Of a DNA stretch of 64,000 nucleotides, positions 55,030-64,000 are shown piece after piece. The stretch comes from Lytechinus pictus (Eukaryota). Every line of letters begins with the position of its first letter. Positions within the stretch are counted from its first letter, which is position 1. Made by a program: the position numbers and the translations under genes. The notes below the pieces were generated by a model. It was not told where the DNA came from. It saw only the letters and a program-made list of their open reading frames with translations, and did no database searches. Location of the stretch: positions 17,300,001 to 17,364,000 of the forward strand of contig NC_087250.1 in assembly GCF_037042905.1 (NCBI RefSeq). The letters are read 5' to 3'.

Positions 55030-55678
55030 TCAAATCTTGAATTCAAATTTCATATGGTACACATAGGTACGTTATGGAGAGTGTGATGGTGTGTGGATGG
55101 GTGTGTGTGTTTGAGTTTGAGTATCAATCTTGAATCCAAATATCATACGTTATACATAGGTACGATATGGAGGGGGTCTGTGTGTGTTTGAGCTTCAATA
55201 ATAAAATCTTGAAACCAAATATACGTTTTACATATAGGTACGATATGGAGGGGGTCTGTGTGTGTTTGAGCTTCAATAGTAAAATCTTGAAACCAAATAT
55301 ACGTTTTACATATAGGTACGATATGGAGGGGGTCTGTGTGTGTTTGAGCTTCAATAGTAAAATCTTGAAACCAAATATACGTTTTACATATAGGTACGAT
55401 ATGGAGGGGGTCTGTGTGTGTTTGAGCTTCAATAGTAAAATCTTGAAACCAAATATACGTTTTACATATAGGTACGATATGGAGGGGGTCTGTGTGTTTG
55501 AGCTTCAATAGTAAAATCTTGAAACCAAATATACGTTTTACATATAGGTACGATATGGAGGGTGTGTGTGTGTGTTTGAGTTTAAGTAGTCAAATCTTGA
55601 ATCCAAATACCATACGTTATACATAGGTACGATATGGAGAGGGTGTGTATGAATGTGTGTGTTCGAGTTTTAGCAATC
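55030..55678. repeat. 78-bp minisatellite, about 8 copies
   Basis: ggtacgatatgg recurs at 55159, 55237, 55315, 55393, 55471, 55547 and 55626; outer copies diverged. Confidence 0.95.
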
Positions 55679-55680
55679 AG

Positions 55681-55840
55681 GGGGCTGTTTCATAAAGCTG
55701 TTCGTAAGTTAGGAGCGACTGGTGATCCTTTCTCGTATATGCGCTAAACCATCGCCAATGAATCTACCATAGACAAGAAAGGATCACCAGTCGTTCTTAA
55801 AGTCGCTCTTAACTTACGAACAGCCTTATGAGACACCCAC
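55681..55840. mobile_element. MITE family A copy
   Basis: Family A TIRs, CAG on both flanks. Confidence 0.85.
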
Positions 55841-56290
55841 CAGATATGACTATTTACGTCTGGGATCGACATTTAACGTTTCCATTCGAAAGACATGACT
55901 AGGGCTCGAACCTCTGCATCAATTTGTAATATCCCCAATGTACGTAGCTTGGAGTACAGGCGCATACTACAGCACCCAGCATGAAAGTTGTAGCTACATT
56001 ATTTCATTCATAAATTCCAGCGGCGAAAAGTGTTGCCCTTTATGAAAACTTTAGCCGCGTGACGTAACATTACATATTTAGGGGAAGTCTTTTCATCTGC
56101 CAATAATGCAATAATAATGCCATGATGCTATGAATGAAAATGATGTCGCCATAAGCATGAAAAGGGGTCAATTTTCTGATGAAATTTTCTTCAAAGGGAG
56201 CACTTATCACATACGTTCCTGACGGAACGGAGGGTCTTTAAATTGCGCATTAATTTTGTTAATGGTTTCTACTCGTTCTATTCTTGCTAG

Positions 56291-56419
56291 TTATCGGATG
56301 AGATGCGAAAGCTTGAGGTCATCTCGAAAAGATCATCATCAGAGAAACCAAAGGGGAAAGCAGAGTCCTTTGAAGCCAAGCAATACACATTCAATAAACC
56401 ACAGCCAGCAACAGGAGGG
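56291..56419 (+). CDS. Exon (LSDEMRKLEVISKR...YTFNKPQPATGG), phase 0 to 0
   Basis: Acceptor ttctattcttgctag, donor ggg|gtaaga. Confidence 0.8.
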
Positions 56420-57148
56420 GTAAGACAGTGAGCCCGTTTCATAAAACTTGTTATGATAACAGATGTGCAATAATAGTTTTAAGCTACTGAAATCATTTGA
56501 TTTCATTGGCTGAAACTTGTTCCAGAATATGTGAATTTGTTAGTATAAGTCTTAATGAAACGGGTCCATTTTTATCGGGTGTTCAAATGATGAAATCACA
56601 GTAATCATAATATATGAACAAAAAAACATACGAAATGAGTGATCAAATTACAGGTTGTGACATTAACATGATGACGAAAGACAAAGTTCGTATAGATATA
56701 CTTCTCTCGACAATGTAAAACTCTGGGTTGTTCAAACTGGCAACAGTTGCTGTTCCTTGAGGACTACACCACGAGATGTTAAATTACACCTTAAAAATTG
56801 GACGTAACACCAAAGCGTGTTAAAATAACAACCGAGGGTGTTGTAATTGAGTGTTGAACTAAAACTGTAAAGAAGAAAAAGAAGAAGAAGGGGAGGAAGA
56901 AGAATTCTAATTTTTCAAAAGAAAAGAAGCTGATAAAGGTTAAGAGAAAATGAAAAATATTAAAAAGAAGTATTTAAAAACAAACAGGAATTGGAGGAGG
57001 AGAAAGAAGCAGCATTAGAGAACGAAACAAAAATGTCAAATCAATTGCGAAGTTCCAAATAGGTCAGGATAGTCCGCCCCCCCCCCCCTCCTTCCGAAGA
57101 GAAAGGTCACTACCCTCATTTTTTTGTTATTTTTGTCTCTCATTTTAG

Positions 57149-57229
57149 GAATTTGCTCAAAATAAACTGGTGCTCAACTCAGCTACTGAAGGTAATCTCA
57201 GAGAAAAATACGACTCACTCACCAAAGAG
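57149..57229 (+). CDS. Exon (EFAQNKLVLNSATEGNLREKYDSLTKE), phase 0 to 0; start of the FX-like coil
   Basis: Acceptor tttttgtctctcattttag, donor gag|gtaagc. Confidence 0.85.
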
Positions 57230-58137
57230 GTAAGCTATCTTCCCTTTCTCTCCTTCATTAAAAAAACTCCGATGTCAATTTAACACCAATCTGTATTTAA
57301 GGACCTTAAGCTTATACGTCACCGCGTCGCCATGTTAGAGGTCAGCGCCATTGCCTTGCTGCGTAAGTGAGCCACAGCTGGTGCATATCTACTATAGCCT
57401 CTGAGGGCGATATGAGATCATGACGTCACATGCATAAGGTCCAAGCCATGAAAAACTTCCTAACAATTATGCTCTTTAATATATTTTGAAAATTTTGTAA
57501 AATGTCTGGGTCTATTGATCAGAGATAAAATCCGTTTAAGTGACATTCACATGCACTTCAAGAAAATAGCACATTGTTTAAGCCAGTCACTCTGACAACA
57601 AGCTGGTTACACTTTTGTTGTTATTGTTTACAATTTTTAAACAACTTCTTTAAAAAGTTCAAACCGTTGTTTAAACAGATTAAACAATAGTTGTTACAGT
57701 GACGGGCTTAAACGGCGTGCTTAAAATTTCTAACAGCGTTTTGACAGTGTGCAAATGGAAATTATTATTCGTCAGTACCCTACATTTTTTTTAAAACAAT
57801 GAAAAGAAAGATCTTTATGGCCAGGATACATAATAAAACGCTGTTTCGAATTTTAATACAACGTTGTTTGCTATATAAACTTTACAGTATTAGTTAAATA
57901 GTTTATACAAGTGTTTGAAATCTTAAACAACAAAGTTGATTTATATATATCGATATATATGTAAATATATTTATTAGTATTCAATGAATTAAGTATGTTT
58001 GTTTAAACTGATAAACGACTACTGTTAAGTTAAAATAGCATTGCATAAAACTATAAACAGAGTATTACATTGTAGTCATATTAGTTAAATTTAGTGAGCA
58101 CTCATATCCAAATATAATTGTTCGAAGACGCGAAGTT

Positions 58138-58322
58138 CACTCTGAAAAACGAAAAGCGACGAAGAGCTAATTTAGCTCTTAACGTATCTTATAGTGACTG
58201 CACTTCGGGTTGCTGATTTATCTCGTCCAAATTTGAAGTAGACAGCACTCCGAAGTGCAGTCACTATACACTCTCTTTAAGAGCTAAATTAGCTCTTCGT
58301 AGCTCTTCGTTTTTTTAAAGTG
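58138..58322. mobile_element. CACT-terminated palindromic element
   Basis: cactctgaaaaacgaa...gaagagctaatttagctctt and its inverse ...ttcgttttttaaagtg; TT on both flanks. Confidence 0.75.
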
Positions 58323-58356
58323 TTCGTTTTCCGGATTTTTTTTTTCTTGTTTTCAG

Positions 58357-58427
58357 ATCCAGTCACTAGAGACGGAAATAAATGTTGTCAAAGACCAGAC
58401 TAATCGGTTAAAGAGACAATATGAAAG
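58357..58427 (+). CDS. Exon (IQSLETEINVVKDQTNRLKRQYES), phase 0 to 2
   Basis: Acceptor tttttcttgttttcag, donor ag|gtaata; coiled-coil heptads. Confidence 0.85.
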
Positions 58428-58996
58428 GTAATATATTAATAACCATTGTTCATTTTTATTGATAGAAACACTTATGATTTGAAGCCATTATCTAGACCTA
58501 AACATCTGTGATTTACTTTTTCCTATGATAATTCCATTTCTCGGACCAGGATATTTTCTTTGGTTTTCATTTTAATATTTCATCAATACATAAGTGTCCC
58601 TGAATTTTAGGGCGATTCCATAAAATTATCAACCTTTTTGTACGTCCGACCTCTATTTTTCTCCATTCTTACTTCACTTCATAAACTAACCAAGTCATAT
58701 TCCTTTGAGAACATTACAGACTGTCAAAAGAACAAGAAATCAGAGACAGAAAATGTCATGAATGTCCCACATATAAGGGGTCGGACGTACATATTTTATG
58801 TAATTGCCCATTAGTGAAAAAAGTCGAGTATGCATTTTGTTTAATATTTCATTGAAAAAAAGCAGTTCTATATCAAATTAAGCAAAGGGTCCTATTGCAG
58901 GAAAGTTCCAATCGAATTGAATCCCAAAATTATTACTAATTTAATGCGAATCATTGAATCCTTTTTCTTGTTTCATTATTTTTCTCTCACTTTTAG

Positions 58997-59105
58997 CATC
59001 AAGTCCAATCAGTCCAGTAAAGCACATGAAACGTTACTTGAGATTCACAAGCTACGTAATGACAACAGGCAAAACGAGACGAACCTCGCCTGCAAAAGAG
59101 CTCAG
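58997..59105 (+). CDS. Exon (IKSNQSSKAHETLLEIHKLRNDNRQNETNLACKRAQ), phase 2 to 0
   Basis: Acceptor ttttctctcacttttag, donor cag|gtaaat. Confidence 0.85.
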
Positions 59106-59789
59106 GTAAATGTTTTTTGTCATTGTTGTATAGATACGGGCACTTAACCCCTCCCCCTCCAAAAAATTATAATAATGAATAAATAAATTTGAATAAATAA
59201 ATAAAATACAATAAAAATTAAAATAAAATTTAAAAAAATAAAAAAAAATGTTTCACGACAAAGTGAAAACAAATAAAGAAAAAGGAGGCGAGGTGAAAGA
59301 AGGAAACATAAAATGGGTGAATAATATTTGCTAATAATATATGTTATTAATACTATCATTACATTACCATTTATTTCATATTATCAATTACTATAATAGT
59401 AATATTTACTGTTATTGATCATGTATATTCAATTTTCGACTTTCATCCAGTAAAAAATATCGCATATTCGATCTGATAAATACATGTAAGTCAGAAAAAA
59501 TCTTGGAACCAGCAGAATTTGGTCCGTTCATGTATTATCGGTCAGCGACTCTACCACCAAGCCGTCACTGGTCCATGGCAAGGTCACAAGGCAATATAAT
59601 AAGAGCAGATATCTCAGTACCTCTGATTTTTAATCTGACCAGTAGTCCTAGTCGGCAATGGATGATAATAAGAAGAAGAATGATGAAAATAATAGTAATG
59701 ATCATTGGTGTCATTATTATCAATATTGTATTCCTCCCTACTTTTTTTTCGCATTAATATCCTCTTTACCATTGTATTCCTACCAACAG

Positions 59790-60003
59790 CTTTTATTGTT
59801 TTCACCCGAATGGTTTAAAACCCGTCTCAGCAATGGCCACGCTATCATGGCATCGCCGGAGAGACGAGCTTCAGAATCGGGCGATTCCATCCGAGAAATG
59901 GGGGTGTCAAGTAATGGATCGATCAACTCAAAGTCGCATGTCTTCCAGGAATATAACTTTATCAAACCAACGTTTTGTGATGATTGTAAGGGCCTGCTTA
60001 AAG
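59790..60003 (+). CDS. Exon: linker plus first half of C1 (...SHVFQEYNFIKPTFCDDCKGLLKG), phase 0 to 1
   Basis: Acceptor tgtattcctaccaacag, donor aag|gtgaga; H-x12-C-x2-C. Confidence 0.9.
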
Positions 60004-61287
60004 GTGAGATGCTAGTTTCAATAAGCTGTTCGTCATTTTGCGCACAATCATCAAATTCCGGATTCTAGGGATTTTGCTCTGAAGAGCCAAACATAACCTC
60101 AATTTTTGCCAATATCAGTTTGTTATCTTTCTTTAATGTGATCTTATTTGTTATTATTATTATCAGTATTATAAACATTGTTATTTGTTCGTACGTACAG
60201 TTTTGAAAGTCTTCCCAAAAGGCTTCCGATGTTTACTCACGTATTTACGTCACGGCACGCTCTCACGTTTTTAGTACTTTCGTAAAAACGCGTTCCCTGA
60301 TCTACGAAGTGTAGGGTCTACACTTTTGCATGCCGGTAAATCACAAAAAGTCACAGTTTTGCATATACGTGACATGAGTTTTTACGCACTTTACCCAACA
60401 GTTTTTCAAGATTATAAAAATTGCAAGCGCTTGTTTAATAGTAAGACTAATCACACACATCACAATGCACCCGCACACAGATTGCAATGTATCTGTGCAA
60501 AAAAAACATGCAAGTCCGTAAGTCTCAACCTTTAAATAAGCTGTCCTGTATTCATTTTAATTTTGCAAAGTGGTAACGCATGAAGCAGTTTAATCTCCGG
60601 TCGTAACCTGCCATTTGCATTTTGGTAAATTTTTTGCAATTTCGTAAAACTAGAGAAATTCCGGCGGTGTTCCATGGAACCCTCGTTGTTTTCAGGTTCG
60701 ATTCACAAACGTACCTGTGCCCGGCGGTCGGCCGTATACCGTGCGAGGGTGTTAGTCTGTTTTCAATGACAATATACAGTACATTGTTTTTGTTAACGTA
60801 TTACGTGATGGTTCGTATTTTGCTTGTAGCATTTCAAATAGATTATAGGACGCGTTTTGACGAAAGTACTCAAAACGTGATAGCGTGCCGTGACGTGATT
60901 ACGTGTGTAAACGTTGCAAGCCGTTTTGAAAGCAGGGCAAAGATCTAGAGTAGATATAAACATGGTTCAATGGGAATTTGAACGAGTTGTCAATTATCCT
61001 CACCAACCACATCTACATTTTTTTACTATTGAAATTATGATTATTCCATGAGTGTTCGAAGGAATAGAATTCCACAGTGTGTACACAGTGTGTATATAGT
61101 GGACCATGTGACAATGTTATATTCGCAAAAACAAAATGCTCAAAATTAACACTGCCGAGATAGTTTCAATGTAACTGAGTGCTCACACTGTGATCCTCGC
61201 CAAGAACATACTGGTAAACTGTGTCCTTTCGATCGGGATCACCAATTTATTTAGAATTATTTTCAATGCTTACGAGTGTAAGGCCAG

Positions 61288-61458
61288 GCGGGTGTTTCAT
61301 AAAGCTGTTCGTAAGTTAAGAGCGACTTTAAGAACGACTGGTGAACCTTTCTTACGCGCTTAACCGTCGCCAATGAATATACCATTTACCACAAGAAAGG
61401 ATCAACAGTCGTTCTTAAAGTTGCTCTTGACTTACGAACAGCTTTATGAAACACCCAC
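61288..61458. mobile_element. MITE family A copy
   Basis: Family A TIRs, CAG TSD. Confidence 0.85.
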
Positions 61459-61556
61459 CAGAATAATGATATCGCCCATTGGAAGCACACAGAGACGCTA
61501 GGCAACAACTAAGCAAGAATTTCATTTTATTATCATTGTTATTATTATTTCTTCAG

Positions 61557-61651
61557 GTATAATGAGACAAGGTCTGAGATGCAAAGTATGTAAAGCCAAC
61601 GTTCACCATCGCTGTATGGAATCTGTGTCATCATGCTCCGGTCCAGCATCA
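61557..61651 (+). CDS. Exon: second half of C1 (IMRQGLRCKVCKANVHHRCMESVSSCSGPAS), phase 1 to 0
   Basis: Acceptor attatttcttcag, donor tca|gtaaat; C-x2-C-x4-H-x2-C-x6-C completes the C1 domain. Confidence 0.9.
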
Positions 61652-62158
61652 GTAAATATATCTTTTCTCTACATTTTAAATGGTAGAATGATACATTGGC
61701 GGATCCAGGGGTACGACCCCCACCCTCCGTCCGGACCAAATCCGTATTACTTTTTTCGACTTGGTTATCTTTTCATATTTTTTACCAGTCTGGAAAATGC
61801 GCCAGTAAGAGAAAATGGCTTTCTTCGTTTTTATTTGTATTGCTTGGTAATATGTTTAATTTCTGAAAACTCAACTCTTTAATTTTGTAATTCCTGGATC
61901 CGTCACTGACAGCTAATAAAATATGTATAAACATGTTTTTAATTATGTATATGCATGGCGTGTGCCATGGTCATCATTATGATATGAAAAGTTTTCTAGT
62001 TCTGACCAAAAACTTCTCGATGCAAGGAATTTCCCGTTTTTATCATGTTTTAGTTTTTAGATTGTTTCCAAATGATGTTTACACAATGTACAGGTTCGAT
62101 TCAGTTCTCATTAATAGACCCATTTCATGATGAAATGAAAATAAAATAAACAGATCAG

Positions 62159-62304
62159 GGGCCCATTGCAGAAAGAGTTGCAATCAAACGCATCTCTAAA
62201 AAATCATGCGCAACTTCATTTTCAACCAATCACCAGCGCGCATTTTGGACTTGCGATTGATTTTTTGACTTGCGTTTAAACGCAACTCTTTCTGCAACGG
62301 GCCT
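62159..62304. mobile_element. Harbinger-like MITE; related copies near 260-424 and 14458-14570
   Basis: cag|gggcccattgcagaaagagttgc...gcaactctttctgcaacgggcct|cag. Confidence 0.8.
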
Positions 62305-62549
62305 CAGTAGACACTTTGTTGTTGTATAATTTTGTTTGAATCGATATCATCAGGGAATCTAAAAATAAATATGACTACATCATATCTATACAGTTGAATT
62401 ATTAATGGAAACGTTTTTTTTTATAGATAATTTATTCTTATTCGTTCTTGTTTACCCAAAGAACAATCATCACAGCCTGTTTCATTTTGTTTTCCGTTTG
62501 GTCAGTATACCTTTGAAACCTTCATTTTATAATCTCTATCATATTTCAG

Positions 62550-62606
62550 TTTGATAATCCACGGAGGGTTTCTCGGCGGTTTAGCTTCCGCGATCCCGGT
62601 TATTGG
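62550..62606 (+). CDS. Probable next exon (FDNPRRVSRRFSFRDP[GYW]); donor after 62598 or 62606
   Basis: Acceptor ctctatcatatttcag; phase-0 frame open; GC-richer than flanks; donor ambiguous. Confidence 0.5.
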
Positions 62607-63448
62607 GTATAATCTCGCAGCTTTAGTGTTCTTGAAATAAGAAATACTAATGTTCTTGCTCTTTGTGCTTTAATGTTTTGTTTTTTTAAACAAAGTAGTG
62701 GAGAGACTCTGATATTGCAAACAGAGTTTTAATGGGGGTCAAAAGCGTTCCTGTACCCTTTTTTTAACTTCGATGGACTTTTGTTTCATTGTGACAGACT
62801 TAGAAATTAATGACACACTCCCAATCCCACCCCTGCTTTCCGGATATGAATTTTATTTTAACATGAAAATAACTCCAGACCATTTTTCATTTAATCATCT
62901 TTATTTTCTATTCCAATTGATTATATTCACAATAATGTTTTAAAACAACCCAATATAAAATTCGTAATTTTCATAAGTATAAACAAATTGACCTCGATGA
63001 GTTAGTCAAAATGACCGAAGTTATGTTTTTTAAGTGTTTTGTTTATTACTGTTAGAGTTCGTTGAGTTCTTTTGTTTGGTTATTTCAATTGTTTCACTCC
63101 GATCGAGAATTTTTTTTCTTTTCTTTTTGAATTACAAAAAAACAAAAGAATTCAGGATATATGTCTCTGAAACTATAGAATTTTCTGTTTTACAAATTGT
63201 TTAGAGTTTATTCATACTAATGTATGTCACGTGGCGAGTGACTTTTTTTTTTTAATTATCTACCTACTGCTACTTGACACCAAATAAGGAATACGTAAAA
63301 CTGATAAATACAGTTAGTAAAAGATTTAATCAAATCTTTTCAATCATTCTGTTACTTTCTTTTGATTTCTTTTACAATGATTATACTGATAACAAAATAT
63401 ACATGGATATTGATAACAAAATATAACTTAACTTAAACAATAGTTGAC

Positions 63449-64000
63449 TAGAGCCCCCATCATCTCGTCTGGCCTGGCCTGACATGCCCCACTCAGCCCT
63501 GGTGGTCGGTCGAGTTCCTGGGCTCCGCAGCTTGCGATATCTCTTCCACTCGGCCTCGGCCTCCGCAGACTGTGTTGCCCCTTGATGAGTAGCCCCCTGA
63601 TCAGAGAGATGTGGCTTCAACGAATTAGTGGACGAGATCGAGCCCCCAATAATGACATGAGTTTTGACGAATCATGTCGGTGGAGAACCGGCGGCAGCTG
63701 GGGTCGTTATCTCGTCACCGACGTAGTCCCTCAGTTCTAACTTTGACTGCCTATAGTAACATCCGTAGTCTATTCTAGCTTAGGTGGTTCTCCACCGACA
63801 TGATTCGTCAAAACTCATGTCATTATTGGGGGCTCGATCTCGTCCACTAATTCGTTGAAGCCACATCTCTCTGATCTGGGGACTACTCATCAAGGGGCAA
63901 CACAGTCTGTGGAGGCCGAGGCCGAGTAGAAGAGACATCGCAAGCTGCGGAGGCCAGGAAGTGGACCGACCACCAGGGCCGAGTGGGGCATGTCAGGCCA
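63449..64000. mobile_element. GC-rich foldback element, truncated by the window end
   Basis: 63475-63689 is the near-perfect inverse of 63786-64000; spacer of about 96 bp. Confidence 0.85.

Larger units (their letters stand above)
50097..62606 (+). other. Multi-exon gene, partial at both ends: F-BAR + Fes/Fer-like FX coiled coil + C1 zinc finger; probable invertebrate STAC-like adaptor
   Basis: Twelve exons with polypyrimidine-AG acceptors and GT donors join with matching phases into one stop-free 1286-nt frame. It carries F-BAR-like motifs (EYSRSL, W..VL, NDYIL...AN, VLP) and a complete C1 His/Cys pattern. Confidence 0.85.

Noticed and set aside
55030..55678. CRISPR-like array or repeat-protein ORFs
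   Set aside because: Units are contiguous with no unique spacers, the context is a eukaryotic intron, and the ORFs arise from the 78-bp period
60065..60948. Possible TAG-terminated (Academ-like) element in the C1 intron
   Set aside because: The terminal inverted match is short and imperfect, with no clear TSD
59790..61651. PKC, PKD or chimaerin gene suggested by the C1 domain
   Set aside because: A single C1 is preceded by F-BAR and coiled-coil exons rather than C2, tandem C1 or SH2

Overview
Eukaryotic, AT-rich, repeat-dense genomic DNA with no prokaryotic features. The repeat types (Tsp/pearl-like element, CORE-like SINEs, many short MITEs) suggest a marine invertebrate, probably a sea urchin; this is inference. 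The main feature is a + strand spliced gene. Twelve phase-consistent GT-AG exons (50097-61651), plus a probable thirteenth at 62550, encode about 429 aa: an F-BAR domain, a Fes/Fer-like FX coiled coil and a C1 zinc finger. This best fits an invertebrate BAR-containing STAC-like adaptor. Its first exon(s) are unresolved and its C-terminus is not identified in this window. A second, unidentified spliced transcript is suggested on the - strand at about 911-3400. The rest is intronic or intergenic. It holds many non-autonomous DNA transposons (Tc1/mariner-, PIF/Harbinger-, Kolobok/TTAA-, CACTA- and hAT-like), long foldback palindromes, L2/CR1-group LINE 3' fragments, tRNA-derived SINEs, a Helentron-associated element, minisatellites and microsatellites. 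All calls were made by eye without database searches.
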